Assembly (NCBI GenBank): GCA_016840085.1
Contig: JAEOTA010000020.1
Coordinates: 1 to 41,993, forward strand
DNA: 41,993 nucleotides
Direction: 5' to 3'
Origin: Promethearchaeota archaeon
GTDB lineage: Archaea; Asgardarchaeota; Lokiarchaeia; Sigyniarchaeales; SOKP01
The notes beneath the pieces were generated by a model that was not told the DNA's origin, did not search any database, and saw only the letters and a program-made list of their open reading frames with translations. Every line of letters begins with the position of its first letter. Positions within the stretch are counted from its first letter, which is position 1. The position numbers and the translations under genes are program-made. Below, piece by piece: positions 19,495-29,283 of the stretch.

Positions 19495-20163
19495 ATGGAT
19501 CATAAAATAATATTGAACAAAATTGAAAACATTCTAGAAGGACAAGCCCATCTTGATGAATTGGCTAAAAAAAAACAAGATCCATTTAAAATATTAATCT
19601 CTACCATATTATCGGCACGGACAAGAGATGAAAATACAAGAATGGCAACTGAAAAATTATTTGCGAAATACAACACCCCTGAATTAATTGCTAACGCAAA
19701 TGTTGAAGAATTAGAACAACTTATCAGATCCTCAGGGTTTTATAAGGTTAAGGCTGCTCGGATAAAAGAAGTCTCTCAAGTTTTAATTGATGAATTTGAT
19801 AGAAACGTTCCTGATAAATTTGATGAATTGATTGAATTACCAGGTGTGGGGAGTAAAACAGCTAATTGTGTATTAGTATACGCTTTTAAAGTGCCCGCTA
19901 TCCCGGTAGATACCCATGTACACCGAATTTCAAATAGATTAGGGTGGGTAAAAACGAAGAACCCGCTAAAAACAGAAGAAGCACTAAGAAATACAATTCC
20001 CAAAGATCTCTGGTTAAAATTAAATAGATTATTTGTTAGATTTGGGCAGCAAATATGTTTGCCAACTCGTCCTAAATGTGAGATATGTCCTATAAATGAG
20101 GAATGCCCTAAAGATTTTTCAATGGAGATTGCAATTAGACTTAAGAAGAAAAGCTTCAAATAA
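19495..20163 (+). CDS. nth: Endonuclease III
   Basis: DPFKILISTILSARTRD, HhH LPGVGSKTA, VDTHVHR and a C-x6-C-x2-C-x5-C 4Fe-4S motif. Confidence 0.96.
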   Translation: MDHKIILNKIENILEGQAHLDELAKKKQDPFKILISTILSARTRDENTRMATEKLFAKYNTPELIANANVEELEQLIRSSGFYKVKAARIKEVSQVLIDEFDRNVPDKFDELIELPGVGSKTANCVLVYAFKVPAIPVDTHVHRISNRLGWVKTKNPLKTEEALRNTIPKDLWLKLNRLFVRFGQQICLPTRPKCEICPINEECPKDFSMEIAIRLKKKSFK

Positions 20164-20235
20164 GCCAATTTAAACTTTACTTGTAGTTTCTAAGGTAAAA
20201 ATAATAAAATCTCAGGATATTAAAAAAACAGCTCA

Positions 20236-20823
20236 TTAATACATTAATCTAAGCTTTTTTCTACGAGAATATATGATATATCCGATTAACATTCCCCCTA
20301 ACAAGCCAAATATATGTGCCCAAATATTAATCCCTGGTGCAAAAGATGCAAATATATAATAAGCTATATATAGAAGAGCAATAGGCAAGAGTGCTCGATT
20401 TTCTGTTGCTACTATAATAAAAGCAACACCTATTAATCCGAAGATTGCTCCAGAGGCGCCTAAACTTACAGCGTAAGTTGGTAATAGCAATAATGTAAAT
20501 AAATTACCAATTATACCTGAAATAAAATAAATTAAAACAAACTCCAACTTGGAAACATATTGATTATTCTCTATTGTGGCTCCAAACAATAACAATGCAA
20601 GCATATTTGAAAATAAATGTAAAACATCTGCATGAAGAAATACAGAGGTTATTAATCTCCAATATTCATATTCATATAATATATTAGCATTAATTTGTAC
20701 AAAATTTAGAATATATTCCTCTGGTAATGCTAAATTAAATAAGATAAAATTAATTACATTTAAAAGAATCAAGAATAATGTAATTTTAGCATCCTTTAAA
20801 TTTTCGACATCTAAAATCATCAT
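20236..20823 (-). CDS. Rhomboid-family intramembrane serine protease
   Basis: WRLITS.FLH, HLFSNM, GASGA (catalytic Ser), AHIFG (catalytic His) and multiple TM helices. Confidence 0.94.
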   Translation of the reverse strand: MMILDVENLKDAKITLFLILLNVINFILFNLALPEEYILNFVQINANILYEYEYWRLITSVFLHADVLHLFSNMLALLLFGATIENNQYVSKLEFVLIYFISGIIGNLFTLLLLPTYAVSLGASGAIFGLIGVAFIIVATENRALLPIALLYIAYYIFASFAPGINIWAHIFGLLGGMLIGYIIYSRRKKLRLMY

Positions 20824-20935
20824 TTTAATTAAAACCTTACAATGGAAATACGATTTTAACAGTTAAAATTTATTATGATAAAGTATAATAATAGGTTTTT
20901 ATATTATTTTTTTAACATTATAAGTTGATCAAATT

Positions 20936-22156
20936 TTGGACAAATACGACAGATTTAACGAACGGCTGAGGAATAAAAAAAAGCGTTTGTTAGACTCATT
21001 GATTTTAAATGAAATATTAACTGATAAAAGATTAATTAAGGCTTTTATGGATATTCCTCTTGAGAAATTCATTCCTGAAAAATTTATGAATGTTTTAAAA
21101 CTTTATGAGGATGTACCGAACTTATTTTATTTTGATGAGCAAAATCCAAGAAATTATAGAACAATTTCAGCCCCACACATGATTAGTATAATGTTACAAG
21201 GATTAGCATTAAATACTAATGATGATTTGTTAATTTTGGGGGCAAAAAGTGGCTATATCGCAGCATTAGCTCATAAACTAGCACCAAAAGGTGAAATAAT
21301 AATTCTTGAGGCTAATTCTGAAATAGCTAAAATTACAGCGAATAATTTAAAAGAATTGAAATTAGAGGATAAAATTTCAATTATAATTAAAAACCCGCTA
21401 GATGGAATGCCTAATTTAAGTCCATGGCAGAAGATTTTAGTAACTGGAGCGATTGAACAATCTAAAATACATCCATTATTAAAACAATTAGATGAGAATG
21501 ACGGTGTATTATTTGCACCCATTGGACCAGAATTTGTACAAATATATACCCAAATTCTAAGACAAAAAAATGAATTCTACGGGAAAAAACAGTTACAAGT
21601 GAAGTTTTCACCATTGATCACTCAAGTTGAATTAGATGAATTAGAATTAATCACTGATATTGATGAGATTGAAATTGCAAATGAATCTGAGGTGATTAAT
21701 AAGGTCCCAAGTCTCTACACAAATAAAATTAATATTAAATACACATCAGAAATTCTTGATAAAATAGTTCCAGAACATCAAGTAAAAATTCAATCTATTG
21801 ATGAAACTCAGCGTGATGATATTTTATCAAATTTGAATACTATAGAACATAATATTAAAAATCTAAAGAAAGAAGAGGATATTCAAAAATCGTTTGAATT
21901 TATTGATGATATTGAAGTAAAATTGGATAATCTCAAAAAATTTAAGAAACTATTCGAAATAAAAGTTAAAAGAATGCAGAATATACTAAATCAGATACGA
22001 TCCTACTATATTGTAAGGAAAGAGTTAGAAAAGTCAGTTTTATATGATTCGGCGGTTATAGATAAAAAGATTGAAATAATAAATAAGCAAATTGAACAAA
22101 TCAATCTCCTCTTAGAAGTAACTCAAAATGAGATAAATAAAATAAAATCTTTATAG
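20936..22156 (+). CDS. Protein-L-isoaspartate O-methyltransferase-like protein with C-terminal coiled coil
   Basis: AF..IP.EKF, TISAPHM, LILGAKSGY.AAL (degenerate motif I), ILVTGA and L.APIG. The last ~170 aa are charged and helical. Confidence 0.75.
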   Translation: MDKYDRFNERLRNKKKRLLDSLILNEILTDKRLIKAFMDIPLEKFIPEKFMNVLKLYEDVPNLFYFDEQNPRNYRTISAPHMISIMLQGLALNTNDDLLILGAKSGYIAALAHKLAPKGEIIILEANSEIAKITANNLKELKLEDKISIIIKNPLDGMPNLSPWQKILVTGAIEQSKIHPLLKQLDENDGVLFAPIGPEFVQIYTQILRQKNEFYGKKQLQVKFSPLITQVELDELELITDIDEIEIANESEVINKVPSLYTNKINIKYTSEILDKIVPEHQVKIQSIDETQRDDILSNLNTIEHNIKNLKKEEDIQKSFEFIDDIEVKLDNLKKFKKLFEIKVKRMQNILNQIRSYYIVRKELEKSVLYDSAVIDKKIEIINKQIEQINLLLEVTQNEINKIKSL

Positions 22157-22217
22157 TAGTTGTTCTCCTCTATACTTCACTTATTATTATTGGATTTAAA
22201 AAAGTATAAAAAAGCAT

Positions 22218-22730
22218 TTATTTTTTTAGAAATTCTAGTATTGCTTTCATAAATTCTGGTAAATCATCAGGAGTTCTTGAAGTTATTAAATTGTTATCAA
22301 TTATAACAGGTTTATCTTCAAATATAGCCCCAGCATTGACCATATCATCTTTTATGGCGAAATAACTAGTAGCTTTACGATCTTTGATAATTTTAGCAGA
22401 TATTAGGACCCAACCTGCATGACAAATAGCTCCAACTAATTTCTGGTCCTCATTCATTTTAGCAACAAAATCTAAAACATCTTTTTCTCTTCTTAAATAG
22501 TCAGGATTTTTTGTGCCACCTGGAATAATTACCCCATCGTAATTATCAGGATTAGCATCTCTAACAAGAATATCTGGCCTAATTGGATAGCCATGTTTCC
22601 CTTTAATCTCTCTTTTGAATAAACTTAACAATTCTACTTCATGTCCCGCTTCTTTTAATCTAATACGTGGATAATGCAGTTCAAGATCTTCATATCCATC
22701 TGTTGCAAGAATTGCTATTTTTTTTTTCAT
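22218..22730 (-). CDS. pfpI: PfpI/DJ-1 family protease/deglycase
   Basis: GYEDLEL.YP, YDGVIIPGG, AICHAG nucleophile elbow and TSRTPDDLP. Confidence 0.92.
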   Translation of the reverse strand: MKKKIAILATDGYEDLELHYPRIRLKEAGHEVELLSLFKREIKGKHGYPIRPDILVRDANPDNYDGVIIPGGTKNPDYLRREKDVLDFVAKMNEDQKLVGAICHAGWVLISAKIIKDRKATSYFAIKDDMVNAGAIFEDKPVIIDNNLITSRTPDDLPEFMKAILEFLKK

Positions 22731-22897
22731 AATTTATAACATCTTAATTTTTTCTTTTTATAAATAACTAAATTAGTGTATATTTTCAATTTAATAATAC
22801 AGAGATTTACCTATTTTAGGTTGCAGGTTATAAAATATTATTATTTTCTTTTAGGCGTTAATATTAATATAAAGAGATTTATCGAATTCTTAATTTT

Positions 22898-23548
22898 CTA
22901 AATAAAATTCAATATACCTACATATACTATTATAAACGTAATGATTATTAATAAGAAATTTAAAGGTGTTGGTATGATTTTATATGGCGTTTTTTCTTTA
23001 TATTTTTCATAAACTTCACCATACTTTGGAATTAGGATTAATTTCTCTTCAATTCTGGCATGAACTTCTAATATGAGTAAAATTATTGGACTTATAATTA
23101 AAGAGATGATTGAGTCTGATATTATCGCAGCACCAAGAAAGATTATTACCCAAGCAGAATAAATGGGGTGCCTTATAATTCTAAAAACACCTGATTTAAT
23201 TAATTTAGAACTATTTTCGTCTAATGTTTTAACTCTATATACTTTTTTTGCTTTATTAGCAAAATTAACTCCTATAATAATAAAGACTATTCCTAATAGT
23301 ACAAAAAAAATCCAATAATCACGAAAATAACTAAGATTTTGAGGAAAAACCATGATTAGAAAGCTCGAATTTATAATTGGTATTGGAACAAGCGATATTG
23401 TCCATATTATCGGGAATAATTTATAAAATGACCTAACTAATCTATTTTGCTTATTCTTTACTTTTATGAATAATAGCCAATATACTATAAGGTTTGAAAT
23501 AAAAATAAATAATAAAATAATCGTTATCAAAAGTATCATTTTTATCAA
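22898..23548 (-). CDS. Isoprenylcysteine carboxyl methyltransferase / PEMT-family membrane protein
   Basis: LIKSGVFRIIRHPIYS, EEK.L..KYGE.Y..YK..TP and several TM helices. Confidence 0.85.
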   Translation of the reverse strand: MIKMILLITIILLFIFISNLIVYWLLFIKVKNKQNRLVRSFYKLFPIIWTISLVPIPIINSSFLIMVFPQNLSYFRDYWIFFVLLGIVFIIIGVNFANKAKKVYRVKTLDENSSKLIKSGVFRIIRHPIYSAWVIIFLGAAIISDSIISLIISPIILLILEVHARIEEKLILIPKYGEVYEKYKEKTPYKIIPTPLNFLLIIITFIIVYVGILNFI

Positions 23549-23609
23549 TACCCTATCAAATTTAGTCTAATTAATATTTAGTTGATTTTATAATTTCTGA
23601 TGTTAGAAA

Positions 23610-24686
23610 TCAATATTTTCCATATTTTTTAGTAGCATTCATAAAAATTCTAATATTTTTTAGAGGTATTTCTTTAAAAATTACAGTACTTGGCCCAAGA
23701 ATAAAATGTCTATTTTCTTTAAATATATCCATCAAGTGCTTTACATGTTCTATAATCTGATTTTTATCACCATAAGGTAAGATATGACTTACATCACCAA
23801 ATCCAATAACTACAAAGTTTGGGAATTTCTCATTAATAAATTGTGGATTAACGCCACCTTCCCATCCTTGTAAACCACAAAATCCTGCTTTTTGAAAATA
23901 CGGAATTAATTCTGTAGGATCGCCGTCAGTGTGGATTTGTGGGATCATTTCTACTTCAGAAATAAGTGAAATAAGCTCCTTATAAGGAGTTAAAAAATCT
24001 TGCGTCCATCGTTGTGTTGAAATCATAGATCTACCTTTAAATGCTACATCATCTAATAATGTTAGCACTTTACCACGCCCGTTAGTCGCTTCAATTAAGC
24101 CTTCAATGTTTATTTTAGCTATGTTTGTGTAAAATTCTATTAATTCCTTATATAGCTTAGTTTTTTTCTGAAAATGATAGCTAAAAGTAGCCATTCCCAT
24201 GCTTTTCCAGACCTTATCGAAAATCCCATCGACCATTAAGATGGGAAAAATTTTTGGTGCTAATTTTTCATATTTTCGTATTGTTTTTCTAAGTAATTCA
24301 CTATTATCTATTTTTTTTATATTGGCATAAATTTCATCTAAAATATCAATTGAATGTATATACCCTCCCTCATAAAAAGTAGTCTTACGTCTTATAGCTT
24401 GACCATCTTCTTTAATCTTAATATAGTTTCCATTATTTTGACGAATTTTAATTGGTTTAATTTTAAAACTTGGCGGGAAGGGTGCAAAAACAGAATCAAA
24501 GCCCAATACAAAAGGGATATCAAAATAATAGTTTTTAAATAATTTTTCGGGATGATACCTTAATATTTCATCTTTATATTTATCGATAAATTCCTCTCTT
24601 ATATATTGTACATGAGTAGGAACTCTATCTAGCTTTTTTCGTTTTCCCTCATCATATACAGTGAGGTATCGTTCACGTGCATTCAT
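23610..24686 (-). CDS. Uroporphyrinogen decarboxylase-superfamily protein
   Basis: MNARER, DRVP, DDVAFK...MIS, HTDGD and FILGPS. It has HxDG where MtaA has the Zn-binding HxCG. Confidence 0.8.
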   Translation of the reverse strand: MNARERYLTVYDEGKRKKLDRVPTHVQYIREEFIDKYKDEILRYHPEKLFKNYYFDIPFVLGFDSVFAPFPPSFKIKPIKIRQNNGNYIKIKEDGQAIRRKTTFYEGGYIHSIDILDEIYANIKKIDNSELLRKTIRKYEKLAPKIFPILMVDGIFDKVWKSMGMATFSYHFQKKTKLYKELIEFYTNIAKINIEGLIEATNGRGKVLTLLDDVAFKGRSMISTQRWTQDFLTPYKELISLISEVEMIPQIHTDGDPTELIPYFQKAGFCGLQGWEGGVNPQFINEKFPNFVVIGFGDVSHILPYGDKNQIIEHVKHLMDIFKENRHFILGPSTVIFKEIPLKNIRIFMNATKKYGKY

Positions 24687-24868
24687 ATATGATTAAAATA
24701 TAGGAATTTAATTTTATTAACTAATGTAGATAATTTGTTACTATTTATTGATTGTAAAAGCAAAAATGTTGGTATACTTTTAGTAAAAATACATTTTGAT
24801 ATAAAAAGAAGATATAATTAAAATCTAATTCTTAATTAATCACAATAAAAATTCTTATGGTGATATAA

Positions 24869-25219
24869 ATAGAAGAGGAAGAGAGAATTAGCAAAGAAGA
24901 ACTTGAATTACTGTATGAAGTTTTATTTAGAAGGATTATGGAAATTATGAAAAAACCAGCTATAGATATGGATCCTTTTGGAGAATTAATTAATAGATTA
25001 TCACATTTAAGTGGTATTTTTAGTTTTAAAGGAATGATCTCCATAATTCCAGAATTAGTAGCCTATGCTATTAGATACGGTATGATGGTAGAAAAAGCTT
25101 TTGAGGAAGAACACCCCCATTTGGAAGAAGATATACAAGGATTAGACGATTTTGAAGAACAAAAAAGAAGAATTTCCCAAATTAAAAAAGATATAGATAA
25201 ACTTAATATCTACTTATAA
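24869..25219 (+). CDS. Small acidic helical hypothetical protein
   Basis: The ORF-track ATG is at 24938, but the frame stays open and protein-like back to ATA 24869, which follows GGTGAT. Ends ...KLNIYL. Confidence 0.6.
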   Translation: MEEEERISKEELELLYEVLFRRIMEIMKKPAIDMDPFGELINRLSHLSGIFSFKGMISIIPELVAYAIRYGMMVEKAFEEEHPHLEEDIQGLDDFEEQKRRISQIKKDIDKLNIYL

Positions 25220-25325
25220 TTAAAACACTAATTTTGATATTTTTTTATAATTTTGGTATATACAATCTTGGTTCTTAAAAAAAGAAGAAAAAAATAAAAT
25301 TGTTTTAAATAAATATTAAAAAAAA

Positions 25326-27437
25326 TTAATCATATTTGCTTTTAAAATCATTTAACTTATTCATTACTTCATCATATAATGACCCGACTATAATTTTTTC
25401 TCCAAGAGCTTTTAGTTCCTTAGCATATGCTAGAATTTGATGAAGTACTGGTCCAGGTGGAAATTCATCTCTACTTCTTTCTAATAAACTTCCAAAAACT
25501 TCACTAGTTGGGGCTCGATCAATAGCTTTATATAAATCGATAAAGATATCATGGATTATTCCAGCTTGAGAATCGGCTACATGTGCCTTTGGAGTCTCTG
25601 TACCAACTGGAGGTCTATCTGACCCACTGGTAGGTGCTGAGCCCTCTCTTCCTATAACTATTATGCTAGGTTCAGATCTAGGATAATCTCCTGAGCCTGA
25701 ACAATTATAATTAATGTTTACTGCAGAACCTCCTTTAATCTCAACTAATTTTACTTGTAATTCTGATTCGTCACCTATTCGTGTAACTTCATGAGTTGCC
25801 CCTGACGGTGGTGTAAATTCTGTTAAGCTGAATCCTGAAGGAATTTTATCTTTTACTACTACGTTTTCTAATTCGACATCTCCTTTATTTTGAATCCTAA
25901 CAGAAATGCTAAATTCTCCTTCGGTAAGCCCAGGTTTAATGCTTTTGAGTGTTTTTAGTTTACGTTTTACATATTTAACTTTTATCTCGGGTTCTATATC
26001 AGGAACTTTAACAAAGAATTTACCATCAACCGGACTATTAATTTCAATTTTAACTGGTGTCATATACTGGGTTTCAGTGGGAGGTCTCGGATTTCTCGCT
26101 TTAAGTGGATAAGATATTTCCATTTTATTCTCTGGGAGAAATTGGTCAGATAAATTAAATAATTCAATTAGAATTTGATGTGATTTAGCAAAATCTTGAT
26201 CACTAGGTTCTATTAATATTCTTTGGACAAATTCCTCTCTTGAACTTATATCTATATCCCCTAAAGTAATTTTCAACTCTTTAACTAAAGGGGGAATAAA
26301 ATCAACAGGAATATCATCCGATACAAATATCTTTTCAATTGTCGAAGAACCATTATTAACAACTGTATTCACAATTGACATATCTGTGTTTGCATAAGCA
26401 TCAACTTCAGGTGGATTCATTGCTTTATCTATTGTAGCACTTAGAACGGTATAAATTGTTGATTCTTTTGTTATTTCGCCTATCACTCTTGTTATTACAA
26501 CATATAAGGGTGTAAAGCCTATTTCGGAGCTTAATTCTGGAACATCTTTGGCTTCGACTTGAAAATCAAAATCCCAAGATTCATCAGGATTCAATATTCT
26601 GTCTGGAGTTTGAGATACTACAGTTTCAGATCCTGTTGTTATTGTTTGGGATACTTTCACATCTTCTAATTTGACTTGAAATTCTGATTCATTAATAAAT
26701 TCAATACTACAATCCCACCTTCCAGGTGATGAACCCTCGTCTCTATCAACTCCACTCATAGAATCTGTAAGTCCCCGAATTTCTGGGTTCATCATAGTTA
26801 ATTTATAATTATTAACTAAATAAGTAACATTTAAAACACCAAGTTCTTGCTCACTTAGTTCTTTAATATTGACAGTAAAGAAGATTTCAAGTACTGCGTT
26901 ATTCTTTCCATCTAAAGAAGTTACCTCCCAGGATAAAATTCGTTTTCCGTCCTCTTCTTTTAAATTAGCTTCCCCTAAACTGGGATTTTGTAACTCTATT
27001 TCTTGAATGAATTCTGGCATATCCCTCTTAACCTTAATGTCTAGGATAGGAAAATCTAATGGATTTGAAAGAACTAATTTTAATGTACATTTATTATCAT
27101 TTTGAAAGAGAAAAGCATTATTTATTATGCCTGGAATGGAATTTTCTGTGTCAAAAAACTCTTCGACATTTAAACTTGGACCTTTTAATTCATTAATTTG
27201 GTATTCTTTAGCAAACTCTTGAGTAGCATTTAAAGTACCTACTGTTAATTCTTTCGAATCGACTGATGTATTAACGATTTCCTTAAGATCGCATATCAAA
27301 TTCCATAATCTACTTCTTTGTGATGGATTTTTTACATTAAGCGTTCCTTTTCCAGTAATTTCTTTAAGATTTTGTGAACCATCTAATATTATCTTCTCGT
27401 AATCCGTAATATCTATAACAATTAAATTCTGAGACAT
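25326..27437 (-). CDS. Large cytoplasmic multi-beta-sandwich protein (mu-homology-like N-terminus, DUF11/Ig-like repeats)
   Basis: 703 aa with no signal peptide. Repeated N.G...I..V.V.D.IP..F units, a Pro/Ser/Gly linker and a helical C-terminal domain. Confidence 0.6.
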   Translation of the reverse strand: MSQNLIVIDITDYEKIILDGSQNLKEITGKGTLNVKNPSQRSRLWNLICDLKEIVNTSVDSKELTVGTLNATQEFAKEYQINELKGPSLNVEEFFDTENSIPGIINNAFLFQNDNKCTLKLVLSNPLDFPILDIKVKRDMPEFIQEIELQNPSLGEANLKEEDGKRILSWEVTSLDGKNNAVLEIFFTVNIKELSEQELGVLNVTYLVNNYKLTMMNPEIRGLTDSMSGVDRDEGSSPGRWDCSIEFINESEFQVKLEDVKVSQTITTGSETVVSQTPDRILNPDESWDFDFQVEAKDVPELSSEIGFTPLYVVITRVIGEITKESTIYTVLSATIDKAMNPPEVDAYANTDMSIVNTVVNNGSSTIEKIFVSDDIPVDFIPPLVKELKITLGDIDISSREEFVQRILIEPSDQDFAKSHQILIELFNLSDQFLPENKMEISYPLKARNPRPPTETQYMTPVKIEINSPVDGKFFVKVPDIEPEIKVKYVKRKLKTLKSIKPGLTEGEFSISVRIQNKGDVELENVVVKDKIPSGFSLTEFTPPSGATHEVTRIGDESELQVKLVEIKGGSAVNINYNCSGSGDYPRSEPSIIVIGREGSAPTSGSDRPPVGTETPKAHVADSQAGIIHDIFIDLYKAIDRAPTSEVFGSLLERSRDEFPPGPVLHQILAYAKELKALGEKIIVGSLYDEVMNKLNDFKSKYD

Positions 27438-27619
27438 TTCAATATCATCAAGTATTTTTTTATTTAATTTAGTTTCTTATTTTGATAGAAAATTTGTTAT
27501 CAAAATAATAAAGTATAGATTTTTATATCTTTTCTAAAGAATAGATATATTAAAAATAACTTATAATTGACAACTAATCTTGTTTGTAACAAATTGTAAT
27601 TATATAACGACAAAAAATT

Positions 27620-28453
27620 GTGATTAATAGTAGATTTTGGGAAGTTATTAAAAGATTTAATTTTTTAATGAGTTCAGCAATTGAGGGCCCAAATTGCCTA
27701 GAAGTATGTAAAGGAGATTGTTGTTCAATTAGGATTGATGTTCCTAAAATATTGGCTGAGGAATATATTAAAAGAGGTTACGCTAAAGAAGAAGATTTTA
27801 TTAGAAGTGATGAATTTAGCTTTAATTTGCGATTTGATGATGAAAAAGCGAAATGTTTTTTATTTGATAAAAATTTGAATGGTTGTTCAGTTCATAATTC
27901 AGGAATTAAACCCCCACAATGTTGGATTTACCCCACTAAATTTTCAAATCCTAATAACGAACCATTAAGTTGTAAGAAGGCAAACGGGTGGAAAATAATT
28001 GATCCTAAGAAAACTAAGGAAGCAGAAGAATTATTAAAATTTTATATCTTTCTTTGTCAACTTGAAGCTAAAAAAGAATTAAAAAATATTTCAAAGCGAT
28101 TAAATAATAGCCTACGAGCGAATAGTTTAATTCTTTCATTGAGAGAACGCAAACCCAGTCAAATTGCAGGTTTTAAAGATACTTGGGATAGGTTTAAAAT
28201 TTTATCAGCTGAGGGCTTATCACTACAGATTAAAAAATTTTGCCAAATATATAATGAAAACTGTAGTTATTTGAAAGATAACAATTTTTTAGGGTGTAAA
28301 AAACTGTGTGAAAAAGTAATCAATAGTTTAATTTACTTTTTACAACAAAATTTTAATGAATATGTAAAAAGAGAGGGACCAAGTTCTGATGGAGAGTATC
28401 CCCTTTTCAAATTTCATAATCTCAATAATAATGTTAACTGTAAAAGAAAATAA
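27620..28453 (+). CDS. YkgJ-family (CxxCxxCC-like) cysteine-cluster protein
   Basis: CLEVCKGDCC, CFLFD...GCSVH and KPPQCWIYP, plus an extra C-terminal Cys cluster. Confidence 0.75.
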   Translation: MINSRFWEVIKRFNFLMSSAIEGPNCLEVCKGDCCSIRIDVPKILAEEYIKRGYAKEEDFIRSDEFSFNLRFDDEKAKCFLFDKNLNGCSVHNSGIKPPQCWIYPTKFSNPNNEPLSCKKANGWKIIDPKKTKEAEELLKFYIFLCQLEAKKELKNISKRLNNSLRANSLILSLRERKPSQIAGFKDTWDRFKILSAEGLSLQIKKFCQIYNENCSYLKDNNFLGCKKLCEKVINSLIYFLQQNFNEYVKREGPSSDGEYPLFKFHNLNNNVNCKRK

Positions 28454-28655
28454 TTCAAGAATACTTAAGTATTTTGAAAAAATTATAAAGTTTAATTAAG
28501 AATGATTCATTTTTGTCGAAGAATTTAAACGCTCTAATTCTTGAATCTTAGCTCGTATATATGTAGATATTTTCTCCATAATACACTAATTTTAAATAAT
28601 ATTTGGATATCATACAAGTAATACGTTTAATATATGTTTATAAAGAAAGTAGTGT

Positions 28656-29030
28656 GTGTTTATGTCATTAGGAGATAGAACTCTAAACGAATTGGCTAGA
28701 AGGGTTTTTTCTGAGAAATATGATTTCATTAATGGACCAGTGCAGTTTAAAGGTAGCTCTGGAAAATACTGGACTTTTGATGCTCTCGTAAAAAACAAAT
28801 TAAATACTTTCGGAATATTCATAAGAGACTGGAAAAGAGAGATCTCGATAACACAATTGCGACAACTACATAAAGCATGCATGGATACTAATATTCAAGG
28901 GGGAATCATGGTATGTAATGTCATTACAGATTTTTCCCGAGAATATAGTTCCCAATTCGGATTACAATTACTTTCTAAAGGGCATTTAATTTCTACATTA
29001 AGAAGAAGGAAGTTTCAAAATGATTTTTAA
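28656..29030 (+). CDS. Mrr-like / PD-(D/E)xK restriction-endonuclease-fold protein, probably inactive
   Basis: KGSSGKYWTFDALV, IRDWKREIS..QL, GGIMVC and FGLQLL follow the Mrr_cat pattern. ATG at 28662 is an alternative start. Confidence 0.6.
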   Translation: MFMSLGDRTLNELARRVFSEKYDFINGPVQFKGSSGKYWTFDALVKNKLNTFGIFIRDWKREISITQLRQLHKACMDTNIQGGIMVCNVITDFSREYSSQFGLQLLSKGHLISTLRRRKFQNDF

Positions 29031-29283
29031 ATTCACTGATTAAACTACAAGCACCTCTAGCATATCAAATTCTATTTTATAGTTAGTTTTTTAGCTGGTT
29101 GTCAAAGGTTTTTTTGTAAATTAACCAAATTATAAAAAATCTCCTAAATGGAAATCTATATTCTTTAATCAATATATATATATTCTGCATGACTCTTTTG
29201 TTGAGCTTATTCAAAATATTAAAAATTTATAAATTACCAAGATAATTTTTATATTATAAAAAAGAAATTCACACAAGAAAAGT

